64,000 bases of DNA, from positions 182,206,312 through 182,270,311 of the forward strand of contig CM097886.1 in NCBI GenBank assembly GCA_044892525.1, given 5' to 3'. The position numbers were made by a program, and so were the translations under genes. The stretch comes from Schmidtea polychroa (taxonomy: Eukaryota). Every line of letters begins with the position of its first letter. Position 1 is the stretch's first letter. Below, in pieces: positions 50,499 through 63,601 of this stretch. The notes beneath the pieces are model-generated. The model searched no databases. It was not told where the DNA came from and saw nothing but the letters and a program-made list of their open reading frames with translations.

Positions 50499-50965
50499 TG
50501 TTGAGGTTATAAAATAATCAAAATTAAATTATATTTATAATTAAAGGTAGGAGAGATGGGAAAGTCTGACCAAGGATCGTATCGATATTGCAAATAAACA
50601 AAAAGAGAACAAAGGTTGGAGAAGGTATATCTATATATGTAAAAAGCACAAAAATGTGAATTGTGAAAAATCGATAAAAGATTCAAGTATTCGAATTAAA
50701 ATATGAAAAATTGGTCATGGGCGAACAAGTAACAAGGAATAACATGGTAACAATGGAATTTTCAGAAAGTTTCAGGAATAGAAAAATCCAAAAAGGTGCG
50801 TAAGAGAAAAAAAACAAGTAAATCAAACTAATTAAGTAACAAATTCGAAAGAGGAAAGAAATTCCGAGTTGGCTAAACAAGGAGAAAAGGAAACTCATTG
50901 AAAGGATCAAAGATAAAAAGGTGAATATTGATATAGATTTTTCCAGAGCATCAACACCGAGCGGA
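50499..50965 (+). mobile_element. LTR-like element, family A copy 3 (3'-truncated, internally deleted)
   Basis: TGTTGAGGTTATAAAATAA start; collinear with 5853-6130; ends in the AGCATCAACAC block shared with copies 1 and 2. Confidence 0.75.
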
Positions 50966-51158
50966 GAATTAATAAGAATGATTATTGGTCGAATTTACAA
51001 ATTGTTTGGGTTCGTATTTAATAAGCTCAAAATAAATTTGAAAGTTCAAATCAAAAAAATGCTAAAATTTATAAAAATCCAATAATTATAAATTTCAAAA
51101 AATGAAAATGAAGTTTTTCAGGTGGAAATTGGCATGTAGGGAAAGTGAGCATTTTGAG

Positions 51159-51498
51159 CAGAAGTGGCCAACCGGCGGCCCGCATGCTTTAATATTTTGA
51201 AAATATAATAAAAACTTTTTAAAACTTTTTAAAATACGATATAATACAAAAAATGTAATAAATGCAACACAAAGAATATATAGTTAGCATAATTTATTTA
51301 ACATGCACGCAAATCGTTTATTGTTTTTTAGCGGTTGTCTCAGACCCCACTACGGGCTAGTACTGCGCTTCTCCTGTTCCTTAGTTGGAATTAGCACAGA
51401 AGCATTAGTTAAAAATTTACGCCTTTCAAACCTGCAGCCCGCCGCATTATTCAAAAATATTGTAATGGCCCTTTTACCAAAAAGGTTGGCCACTCCTG
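51159..51498. mobile_element. hAT (Charlie/Buster-type) MITE, 340 bp
   Basis: TIR CAGAAGTGGCCAACC / GGTTGGCCACTCCTG (1 mismatch); TSD ATTTTGAG / ATTTAGAG (7 of 8). Confidence 0.88.
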
Positions 51499-52700
51499 AT
51501 TTAGAGGAACAGAAATATATTGTTATGAAAACAGTGGGGGTCGCCAGAAAAGATATTTAATAAATACAAAAAATCTAAAATAAATGAACAATTTACTAGT
51601 TATGTAGGACACCCTAGCTATGTAGAAAATAAAACAAACTTTCACAATCAATAAAGTTGATTAGTTTTGAATTAGAAAAATGAGACCTACGAACAAAGGT
51701 GATAATGTGCCAGTGGGGTGTGTCCAATTATCTGATTAAGCGCGATAACCAACAAGTTAGGCAAATGCCCGGTGATCAACGAGAGAAAAAGCGTTGCCAA
51801 GCCTAATAAAAGCAATCTCCATTAGTGTCTAGTTACTGCTTTCTCCATTCTTACTAAGTGCAGAATAGCGTTTTGTGCTGTTTTATATTGATAATTGAGA
51901 CAAAGAGCACGAGCAGTCAGAACCAGCACCGGCTTTAACAATAATAACCCAACATTTCGAATAATTATTTTCAGTATTATATTTTATATCGTCCAGTTCT
52001 AGTTACGCTGAATGATTCAGCATCAATCACGTAATCATTTCAATTTTTGCATGAAATGATTCAATAAATAATTTGCATTTACAAAGTTTTCGTTTTAAGA
52101 ACAATTAGACAAGCACTTTTAAAAAAAATTATGGCCTTCATATAGTACTACTTATACTTTAGATTTGGTTATTATTGAACACTATGAAGCCGGAGGCTGG
52201 TTATATACCTCTTTTGCATGATGCTTTAGGATCCTTGTTCCAATATCCTGTAGATATTTTGCGCTTCATGTCCATAAGTTATTGCGCAATGGGAAAATGA
52301 ATTGCTTCCTTGAGATATTATAGAATACGCCGAGGCCACCTGAGAGATCTTTGATACCAAATTTTCAGGATATTTTGAGCTAAATTCAACAATTTTTTGA
52401 TCATGTTTATATAAAAATTCCTCGGCTTATAAAGCAGTGAAGCTTCAGTGGCCCATTTCAATCATTTTCTCAGTCCCAGCAACACTTGACAAATATAATC
52501 AAAATCTAAAACTTTATTGCTTCTTTGAATTATTTCTTTATAATTTAGCCAGCCATTAAAATTAAACAATGAATATAAATTTAATTTCAAATTAAATCAA
52601 TTAATATTTACTGCAAATCAATAAAAAACAATAAAATGGAAATAATTAGACTAGGGAGGAAAATATAAGAATAAGACGATAGATGTATTAAGAAAAGAAA

Positions 52701-55700
52701 TCATTCATCACCATCAAGGATTTCCTCATAGAAAATCGACTGCTTGAGAAGCTTGCATTCCTCAACAATTCTCATGTCAGCTTGCTGTCGGTATATTTGT
52801 CCGTTGTGCTCATATGCAAATCTGTATAAATGGCAACATAAATGAAGGAGGAGATGGAAATCATGCTAATTACGGCAATCTGAGCACCCACAAATGGCCC
52901 GGTTCCAGTTCGATTGGCGTGTCACTACCGGGAGTGAAAACCGGCGTTTCTCCTGACGGTCCCGGCCGGACTTTTGGTTGGATATACAGTTTCAGTAGAT
53001 TGCTATTGGGAACCGCAACATAGATGCGCATCAGCTGGGCGAGATAAGTGGAACACTGGCACGGGAAATAGAGAGGCACATCACGAGTCAGTAGCCCACT
53101 GACAGCCTCTTTTACCTGATGACTCGCCATGGAACCTTGCATCATGTTGTCGGGACCTGCGAGGAAAAATCGATGTCCAACTGGACATTCCATCTCAAAT
53201 CCGAGGAAGGCTTTGACAAAATTGCCCGCTGCAAACGCTAAACAACGACGATGCCATTTTATTGTCAGTATTGATTTTTCCTGGAAATGTTATGTTACCT
53301 CGCTTGACTCGTTGCTTGCGCACCTTATTGATTCTAGTCTTCAACGGGACGTCCCAAGGCAGCAGGAAATTGCTGCCATGTACAAATCCGCTATATTCGA
53401 GTCCAGATGAGTGAGTGTACGAGAAATATGGACCGGAATCCATGAGATTCCAGCTGGGGTAACGCGGCATCGACATCGGGTCATCAGTGAGGGTGAACAT
53501 GCCGGGGAATATCGATTTTTGAACAGGGCCATATTCGATTGGTCGATTGCTAGGAGCGATCGATGGTGTGCTGTCGTCACTGGGAGCGCTAGCACTCTCG
53601 TTGTCATCGGTTTGCGAGTCCCCTAGTTCTTTCTCGCGTTCCATTTGTTCCCCTTGTTCCTCCGCTATCAGTCGGTCATCTGTACTCGATACCGACGTTT
53701 CCAAGGTGCGCCTAGAACGGGGTAACATTTGCTTGGTCTGAGACAACGACAAATCCGAGGGGCTCATTGACTCCATTCCGTGCTCACTCTGGTCACTGAT
53801 GTCATCGTCTTCGTACGGCTGCAATTTGTCGAATTTCTTCTCGATCGATATGATTTCCCCGCCGGCGTTATCCGGGTTTATCGGCACGATTCGAGTATTT
53901 TCCGGAAGCGCAACCCGATTGAACCGCAAACAACACAGCTCTGTCATTTGCTCATAGAAAACATAATTTGCCTCTTTGTAATCGAATGGATCCCGCCGGG
54001 TTCCTTGACGACGACCACAATTACAGGCGGAAACCAATTGCACTTCCGAGCAATGTTTCATGTAGGGCAAATTATTGCGTTTCTCTTCCGATGGATTTTT
54101 AACGATGTCCACAATGGAATTATCGCGCCCAAATAGACCGTATTTATCCTCCTCACCGGTACTAGAACAAAATTTTTTTGTCAACAATATCAACATATCG
54201 AATGCACACCAAGGATTTCTGGGATTTAGATCGCAACAACATTTCGATGATAATTTAACTTTATTTTATTATAAAGAAAAAAGGAAAGGAAAAAAAACAA
54301 AAAATAAAAAACTTAAGAAAATCATAAATATTATTAAGAAAAAGATTAGACAAAAATAAAAATGAAATTGAAGTAAAAGGAAGAGAAAAAAACGCTTGAT
54401 AAGGAAAAGAAAAAAGAAAGAAACGAGAAATAAATAAAATTAGAAAAGAATTGAGGAAAAAGAAAAATAAAGAAATAAAAAAGAAAACAAAAAAATGGAA
54501 AATAAAAAAGAAAATATTAAAGAGCAGTGAAAAACACAAAAAGAAAAAGATTAGAAATGAAAAAATGATTAGACAAAAAAACGAGGTAAAAAACTAAAAA
54601 CACAAGAAAAAATGAAAATAAAAAGATAAAAAAAACAAAAAAGAATAAAATGCAAAATTTACAAAAAAGGAAAGGAGCAGTGAAAAAAGTGAAAAACACA
54701 AAATGAGTAAAGAAAAATAAAAGTCAAAACAGAAAACAAAAAATAATAGACGGAAAATAAGAAAAAATAGAAATGAAAAAAATTAAAAGGAAAAATGAAA
54801 TAATGGTAAAAACAGAACAACGAAACTAGAAAATAAAAAATAATAAAAAAAATTGACAAAAAAGAAAAAATGAAATACTTGATAAGTAGCAGTGAAAAAC
54901 ACAAAACAGAAAAATATATAACAAATAATAATAAAAAGAAAGAAAAAAGAATAAAAAACAATGAAATATAAGAAAATAAAAGTAGAATTAACAATGAAAG
55001 AAAGCGAAAAGGAAAATGGGTAAATAGAGGAATGGAAATATAATTTGCTATTTGGCTGGCGCGCTACAAATGAAATTCCAGAAATTGGCGTGATAGATAA
55101 ATAAATATGCAAACTTATTGCCATATGTAATCTGCTGATTGGCGCCTTCCCAGCTGGCAGATTGCTCCTCTGGCAGCAAGTGCACCTCGTGCTTGCACCG
55201 CTGCCTGGTGACGGAAATGGCTTCACAGATCTGCCTGCCAACAGCCCAAACTTTATTCAGATTCTCTGAGAGCTTCCTCACGCAGCTCAGCAAATTGGGC
55301 CCCTTAGCAATCGACAGGAGAATCTGGCGCGCTGCCTTGGTCTAGCGGGACGGGTACACTTAATTAATTATCCAAGGGAAATCCAAGTCAAACTTTCTCA
55401 TAATGAACATCGCGAGAGTACTGAGTGGGCAAGCCCTCCTTGTAATGCGTTTCCGCTACCGACAGCGCCAGCTCGCAGCCCTTCTTAAAGAATCCAAATC
55501 GGTGATTGAAAAGCGAATCCATGAATCGGAACTTTTCCGAACAGAAAAGATTGTAAAGTTTGTGACAGGCCTGGAGAAATCGCGAGAAATTATTTCCCCA
55601 TAAATTTTAATATTTTTTTTATTTTAAAAGTGCACAAAAATTTTTTTTAAATAAAATAAAATTATTTAAATTTTTTAAAAAATATAAGTCTAAAAATAAA

Positions 55701-56760
55701 AAAAAAATTTCATTTATTTGGAAAGTTTTTATTTTTTTTCAAATTAAAAAAAAATTTTTATATAAAATTTTTTAAAAATTCAAAAATTCTTTTAAAATTA
55801 AAATAAAAATTTTTAATGTTATTGGAAAGTTTATTTATTTTTTTTAATTGAGAAATTAAAAAAATATTTGTTCATTTTTTAATAAAAACATTTTAATTTT
55901 AAAAATGCAGAAAATCTTTAAAAATTATTTTATTTTAAGTAAAAAAAATTATTGTATAAAAAGTTTCTAAAATTTAAATTATTTTGAAAATTGAAAACCT
56001 TGAAAAATTAAAAAAAACGATTTTTATTTATTTGGAAATTTTTAAAAAATATATATTTGAATTCTTTTAAAATTTTAAAAGTTCACAAATTTATTTTTAA
56101 AAATTAAGTTTTTTAATATAAAAATATTTTAATTAAAAAATGCAAAATATTTTATTAAAATTATTTTGAAATTAAATTTTTAAATATTTTTATAATAATT
56201 TAGAAAATATTTAAAAATTCCAAAAAAAATAAATTTATTTGGAACTTTTTTTAATTAAAAAATATTATTTCAATTTAAAATATTTAAAAATTTAAACTAA
56301 ATTAAAAAATTTAATTTTCTAAAATTATTCTTCAAATTTAAATAAATTATATTTCCATATATTTTATTTAATTTTAAATGGGCAAAATATTTAAAAAAAT
56401 ATAGAAGTCTTTAAATATTAAAATAAAACGATTTTAATATATTTATAAGGTTTTTTTAATTAAAATTATATTTTAATTTTTTTTTTAAAAGTGCAAAAAA
56501 TTTTTATATCATAATTTTCTAAAATTTAAATTATTTTGCAAAATTAAAAAAATATTATTTCAATTTAAATTTTAGTTATTTTTAATTTAGTTATAAATTC
56601 CATCAACTATATTGATGTGAAATTACTAGAGAAATTACAAATCGATATAGATAACGAATTAAGCGTTGACAGAACTCATAAATAGTAATAAAAAAATTTA
56701 TCACAAAGCCGCATAAATTCCAATCAGCACCACGTAGGAGATCTTTGCGTACTTTTCCAA

Positions 56761-56830
<70 letters not shown>

Positions 56831-59800
56831 GGAATCTTCGATGTCTCGCGATATCATTGGCTATTTTTGTTACAATTTGTACTTTTAATCAATGTATTTT
56901 GTACTTTTTATTAATAAGATTTGTACTTTTGTTATTGAGATTTGTACTTTTAATCAATTTAATTTGTACTTTTTATTAATGGAATGTATTTTTATTAAAA
57001 AGATTTGTACTTTTTGTTGAAATTTTTACTTTAAATCAATGTATTTTGTACTTTTATTTATGAATTAGTACATTTATTAACAATATTTGCACTTTTTATT
57101 AATGAAATTTGTACTTTTTGTTGAAATTTGTACTTTTAATCAATGTATTTTGTACTTTTTATTAATAGGATTTGTACTTTTCTTATTGAGATTTGTACTT
57201 TTAATCAATTTAATTTGTACTTTTTATTAATGGAATGTATTTTTATTAAAAAGATTTGTACTTTTTGTTGAAATTTTTACTTTAAATCAATGTATTTTGT
57301 ACTTTTATTTATGAATTAGTACATTTATTAACAATATTTGCACTTTTTATTAATGAAATTTGTACTTTTGTTATTGAGATTTGTACTTTTAATCAATTTA
57401 ATTTGTACTTTTTATTAATGGAATGTATTTTTATTAAAAAGATTTGTACTTTTTGTTGAAATTTTTACTTTAAATCAATGTATTTTGTACTTTTATTTAT
57501 GAATTAGTACATTTATTAACAATATTTGCACTTTTTATTAATGAAATTTGTACTTTTTGTTGAAATTTGTACTTTTAATCAATGTATTTTGTACTTTTTA
57601 TTAATAGGATTTGTACTTTTCTTATTGAGATTTGTACTTTTAATCAATTTAATTTGTACTTTTTATTAATGGAATGTATTTTTATTAAAAAGATTTGTAC
57701 TTTTTGTTGAAATTTTTACTTTAAATCAATGTATTTTGTACTTTTATTTATGAATTAGTACATTTATTAACAATATTTGCACTTTTTATTAATGAAATTT
57801 GTACTTTTTGTTGAAATTTGTACTTTTAATCAATGTATTTTGTACTTTTTATTAATGGAATGTATTTTTATTAAAAAGATTTGTACTTTTTTGTTGAAAT
57901 TTGTACTTTTATTTATGAATTTAGTACATTTATTAACAATATTTGTACTTTTAATTAATGAAATTTGTATTTTTATTAATAAGAATTGTAATTTTTTGTT
58001 GAAATTTGTACTTTAATTTATGAAATTTATTCGTTTATGAAATCCTGTATATGAAAGATAACAATAGTCGGGATGGGCGATAAATGGAGGAAATCTAAAC
58101 AATCACAAAAGTGCGTTGCGATATCAATTGGAATTTATGCGGCCTAATAAGACAGTAAAAAACAATAGGAAAACCTTAAACCAATTTCTACATGAAATAT
58201 TATCCGATCCGAAACCGCTCGATTCCTTTGTGACAGAAAACGAATGGATTTGTTTCGTAAGAAACTTTTCTAAAGCTACCGATTGAATATCTCGATCTGG
58301 CCGACAGATCGAGTCGTAATCGAAATTGCTATCGATGAAATGTGACAACAAATCATCGAATGTCCGCAAATTATTCCCATAGGGTAATCGAATAAAAACA
58401 AATGGGCAATTCGTTTGGACTTTGGCTAAACTGATAATTGTCAAATGGTAACAGTTTACCCGGGAATCAGTTTCAAACACCGTTTACCTATTATCGGATC
58501 CGCAAATGTTGTGGTATTTCAATACGGCATACAATTTCTCTTCGACGCGATCACGCAACGTCACAACGTTATTTGGGCTCTTGAAATGATATTAATGAAT
58601 TTTCAGTTGATTATGTAATCAGTATTCACTTGATTCAAAACGGCACTAACGGGCGATATCGGGATATTAAACACAAACAACAGCCTCGGTTGTACTAACC
58701 TACCGTTATTAACAACTTCCAGACTGTTGGAAATTGTTTTCAACTCATTTTCCGTTAAAGATCTGAATTTTTTCCTGGAAAATGAACACGATTATCAATA
58801 GCCAATAAAAGGATGTTTGGAACACATTTTTATTTCATTTTTTTCAGGGACTGTTAGATATAAATATATTATTTCATTTTAAGTCCAATAGTCATGGTAA
58901 CGGTAACGAAGTTAAAGAAATTGTATTGTTTCATATAGAGCATAAAATTGTTCAATATCTCATGATTCAGCACATGGGACATATAAATGATCTCAGAAGG
59001 CAACAAACGATTTATTTCTTTTAAAGACAAGAAATATTGTATTTTAAAATCATATAATTATGTAAAATGAGTTGTATTGTACAAATTATATTCAAAATAT
59101 AAAACGCCAACTTTATATTATAGCAATAACTAATATATTAAAATTTATTTAAACTAACAATTATGACTATTTTTAACAATAAAATATTAAAATTCTTTAT
59201 AAAAATTAAATTAGAAACATTTACAATTTATAACCTTAAATTTATTATAAATATTTCAATTATTAACTTAATCAATTTGTTTAAATATTCAACTAATTAA
59301 AAATAAATATTTAAATAACTAATAAATATATTCATAAAAACTACAGTAAACTGTCAAATAAAATATAATTAAAAAATTTATTAAGTGCAAATATTGTGAT
59401 AAATTAAAAATTATTTGAAAAATAATTACCTCAAAATATTAACTTGTGAAAACATTTCAATATAAAACGGATCAAAATGCAACCCAATAACATTAATCTA
59501 ATTAAAATAGCATTAATAACGAAACAATAATTAAATTATTACCAATACAAAATCTGAAAGCAAAAACAAATATAAAAGAAATTTTAAATAAATCGAATCT
59601 TCGATATCAAAGGCATTTTCTTTCAGTTTCTAAAATAATTATTAAAAAATAAGTTTTACAATTTAACTATTTTACTTTATTTACAAGAGTTTTATTCATA
59701 TTCAACAGTAAATCAGAATCATTTAATGATCTTAAATGAATAAAGACTATTTTATGTTTTTCACAATAAAAACCAGTTAAATAACTCTAAAGTAGTCAAT

Positions 59801-60145
59801 ATTAAGAAAAAAACTAACTAAACTTACACTGCTATGTTCAGTAGTGAATTCATTTCTAAATGGCGGAATAATATTCTAAAATCATTAATAACAATTATAA
59901 TAATCCTATATTTACCATTGGTGTCATAGATGATGATGTAAGATCTTCAAACATTTCGGTTTTATTGATAACAGTAAATAAATCACTTTCACCAATGACT
60001 GAAATAATTGTTGTTGGATTATCTTTGCCAGGTATTATACTAGTAACATATTAAAATTAATTTGTGGAGGAAAAATTGTTAAATTTTACTTAAAATCAAA
60101 ATTGGGGGGAAAAGAAAATCGTCCATTATTATAATAAGAATACAT
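52701..60145 (-). CDS. SMG8: Nonsense-mediated decay factor SMG8, 14 exons, 906 aa
   Basis: Exons 60145-60090, 60039-59916, 59875-59828, 59786-59685, 59629-59543, 59497-59430, 58774-58630, 58579-58488, 58430-58175, 55570-55394, 55341-55115, 54161-53299, 53228-52874 and 52821-52701 are all in phase (2721 nt). Motifs NGRLVQPRLLFVF, SACNCGRRQGTRRDPFDYKEANY, AFLGFEMECPVGHRF, AQLMRIYV and LWVLRLPFAY match SMG8. Confidence 0.93.
54262..55030. repeat. A/purine-rich low-complexity tract in an SMG8 intron
   Basis: Almost pure A with scattered G/C on the + strand; AGCAGTGAAAAA recurs near 54523, 54677 and 54888. Confidence 0.9.
56763..56826. repeat. (AT)32 microsatellite
   Basis: Perfect dinucleotide run read directly from the sequence. 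Confidence 0.99.
56876..58030. repeat. Minisatellite (~21-bp ATTTGTACTTTT monomer) with higher-order structure
   Basis: The landmark TTATTGAGA ends at 56940, 57191, 57379 and 57630 (spacings 251, 188, 251); lies in the SMG8 intron 55571-58174. Confidence 0.95.
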
Positions 60146-60437
60146 AACAATAATTAAAATATATCAGTAAATTATTTTGAATTTTAATTTGATACTAAAG
60201 ATTTTAAACAAATTTAAATAAAAATTATTAAATACTTTTATTGAATTGTATCAGTCTAAAATAAATTTGTAAATGGAAATTTTAAATTTTATTTAAATCA
60301 AAGTTGGAGGAAAAAGAAAATTGTCCATTATTATAATAAGAATACATAGTAATAATTAAAATATATCAGTTAATTATTTTGAATTTTAATTTGATACTAA
60401 ACTTTCTAAACAAATTTAACTAAAAATTATTAAAAAC
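60085..60437 (-). repeat. Tandem duplication (202-bp offset) of SMG8 exon 1 and upstream sequence; upstream copy forms uORF 60347-60282
   Basis: 60085-60237 matches 60287-60437. Copy 1 reads MYSYYNNGRFSFPPNFDF|GT; copy 2 reads MYSYYNNGQFSFSSNFDLNKI* and has lost the donor. Confidence 0.92.
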
Positions 60438-60999
60438 ATAGTGAGCTGTGAGACCTTTATAGGTACGATTCATAATTTACACATAGATGACTTGCTTATA
60501 TGTATGAATTTATAATTTGATTGCTATATTTAAAATAAATCCTTTATATTCAGATTAAGTCAAATTATATTTGTGTCTACTTTAAAGACTAAAATGTATT
60601 AAGACTTATTTAACCACCAGGTATGACTGGCACCAGTTTAAATTTAAAAGATTATTGGTCTGTTGAAAACCCCGAAACTCGTCGGATAGTTGGCTTGAAA
60701 ACCTGTTTACTGGAGTAGTTTCCGAGTAGTTTTATCACAGTGAGATGAAAATGGCAAAGAAAGAGTAATTACATAGGGTTTGGACTCAATGAACAAACAC
60801 AAAGTAGGCTATTGTATCACCCGGAAAGAACTATTAGCCATAATTTATTTTACCGAACATTTCAAACCTTCTATAAGACAAAAATTAAATTAAGGACATA
60901 TCATAAGACAATAACGTTTATTCTGGAGACGAGTAGCCAATTACACCTCAATTTTAAAAATGGATCAACCAATCAAGTGGTCCCAACATTGAATTTTTA

Positions 61000-61259
61000 A
61001 TTGTATGTATTAAAAAGCTTGACTATGAATCAGTAAATATATCGATGTTTTTTTGATATTCACGAATTTTTGGCACTGTCTTTTTTAAGTGGTATTACTC
61101 TAGTATATGGAATTCACTTGAAAAGGCAGTGCCGAAAATTCGTTATTATCAACAAACATCGATATATTACTGATCTATAGTCTTCAAACTCTCTTTATAA
61201 TAAATTCAATGGAAAAAATAATCAGTGGTGAAATTGGAAGAAAATAAATTTTTTTATAA
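61000..61259. repeat. Hairpin-plus-tail repeat, copy 3, with an extra inner stem
   Basis: Same outer arms and tail as copies 1 and 2, plus a 28-bp inner stem (61063-61091 pairing with 61115-61142). Confidence 0.85.
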
Positions 61260-63601
61260 CTCATCGATTTATCGATAAATATCGATAAAAATCAAAAAAT
61301 ACAAAATTTCTTTTTTAATTTTTATTTAATTTAACTTATTAAAAAACGCTCTTAAAAACATAACGCATTTAGGCTTTCATCATTTAACCGTGACTGTATT
61401 TTTGTGCAGAAAATCCATGCAGCCGAAAACACCCTTTCTGAATCAACAATTGTTGGTTGCACGGGTCAAAGATAGTTATTGGCCAATTCTAAGTATTTAT
61501 CACAAACTTTCATATCTTCAAAGTATATAATTTCTCTTTTGATAATTTTATTTATATGTCTTAACATTCTTCGCTGTGGTCCTTGTGGACCTTCGAGATT
61601 CAAATTAGAATTTTCTTGTATTGTTCGGTGAAGTTTTTCTTTAATTGATAGTATAACATCAGGAACAGGAGTGTGTGACACCTCTAAAACTTCTATAATA
61701 TCATCCGTGTTTTCAACAAAGTTTTCATCATTTTTGTTATGATGACTCATCACCAATTTTACAATATCTTTAGTTATTGAACTTTTACCTGTTTGATAGA
61801 ATATATCGTAATCTTCTTCGCTTGATGTAAAGTAGCCTTGCGGATTATTCAAATATTGAAAAACATCTACAAAAGTTGTTCGGCGTTCCTTGATAAGTAA
61901 AATCAATTCTGATTTAAATTGATTACTTAAACAGCTGTTTTGTTGAGACAATTCATCCAACATAAATTTTAAAGTGATGTCAGCACTAAATAGACTTGTG
62001 TCTCGACAACAAAGTGTTTCCACCGCCACTTTAATGGGAAGCAGCAATGATATTACACTTGATAATAAGTGAAATTGTTCATGTGAAAAGCTTATATATA
62101 CGTTAAGGTCAATTAGACTTTTTCTTACCATATTTTTAATTAACTGAAATCGTTTGAGATAACTAGTAAACTATTCCATCGTGTTTTCGAATCCAATTTC
62201 AATTCCATTACTTTTCCAAATTCTGCTTTTACATATTCTCGAAAAATACTATCATTTTTTGTAGGTGATCTGCGAAAAACTTTTAAGACCTTTCGTATTT
62301 GTTCAGTTAACGAGTATATTTTTGAGTACAATTTTATATTTGAAATTTCTTCTATGGGTGTACCATTAATTACATCAAAACCATCATTTCCTTCACTTTC
62401 ATCATCTTCATCATTATGTGGATTCTCATAATTATTTAATTCTTCATTTACGGTATGTTTTTTATAAAGGACTTTTACCACAGCTAAGTATATGCCATGT
62501 GCTAGGCAAAGCTGATAATCAGAATTTACTAATTTTCACACTTTTGTCATCACGGAAGCACCGTCCGTTGTAATTGAAATAATATTATCAATTAACAAAT
62601 TCACGTAATTTCTCACCAAGTAGTTTAACGCACTTCTCTGCTGGCATCGATCCCTACACTCGCGTTAAGCCAAGGTTCCAAAATATGTTATTCACGTGAA
62701 TATTAATATTCATATATCGGCGATTTTTAACCGATGTCCACTCGTCAAATGTCAAACTAAATCTTTCGCCGCGAACAGTTCGTGAAGATAACTCATTTAT
62801 CATTTCATCACGTATTTTTTGGTAATAAGATAAAACTATATTCCTAATTGTGTTGGATGATTTAGGAATTTGTTGAAGACCTTTACTTTTTAATAGCTCT
62901 CTCAAATCATATGACGTACAAAATGTTTTAAATGCCAGGCCATCTTTGTTTGTCATCCGAGATATTATTGCAGGTAGAGATTCATCAATGGTTTTGGTGA
63001 AAAATTTGTAATTTTACCAGAAAAATTCGCTTTGGTTGATAATTTTACATTTTTTATTTCGCTTAAGCTCAAGGTTCCACAACTTAGATCTCTTTTTAAT
63101 AAACTTATATTATGCTGTGTTCTAAGATGGTTATGTAAACCAGTAGTCGTTCTGCCTGAAGATTTCATGGTTTTCAAGCAACCTTGAATTGTGCCTGCAT
63201 TTCCATCTTTAGTGCGGTTAAAATAATTCCACGGTGAATCTTTATTCTTATCATTTACATTTGTATTATTCTCCATGCCTTGAAAAGTATCAACATGTAT
63301 AATATATATTAAATTAAAAAAAAACTCGTTACCTTTTATGAAATTTACCAAAATGTAGGAGAAGTTAAAATTTAACAATTTTACAAACAAACAATTTAAA
63401 TAGTTTAAGTGTAAAAACAAATTAAATTAATTAGTTGAAAAATTAAACTATACAAAATTTTGAAAAACTTTTCAGAAATTGAAAAATGTATGTTGGTTTA
63501 TTTATCGAATTATCAATAATATTTAGAGGATTTATCGATAATTTAAAATGATATTTTTGTCCGATTAATCAGTTTATCGATTATCGATATCGCAATCCCT
63601 A
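61260..63601 (-). mobile_element. Decayed hAT transposon with BED zinc finger and near-full transposase
   Basis: Fragments in order: BED (SPWNYF...GLHNHLRTQH), FSLTFDEWTS, TDGASVM, CLAHG, LDSKTRWNSL, and DSERVFSAA...RLNDESL (dimerization domain, after a stop). One terminus TAGGGATTGCGATATCGAT at 63601; ATCGAT subterminal repeats at both ends; the second TIR was not found. Confidence 0.92.

Noticed and set aside
53129-54136. Plus-strand ORFs opposite SMG8
   Set aside because: Shadow ORFs; the SMG8 motifs are on the minus strand.
54261-55241. Phe-rich ORFs
   Set aside because: Translation artefacts of the T-rich intron.
56603-58016. IYIYIY and FVL-repeat ORFs; CRISPR-like appearance of the array
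   Set aside because: These are translations of a microsatellite and a minisatellite. There are no unique spacers or cas genes, and the context is a eukaryotic intron.
60620-60720. MTGTSLNLKDYWSVENP, piggyBac-like DYWS
   Set aside because: A single short motif, with no TTAA-flanked ends or other domains.
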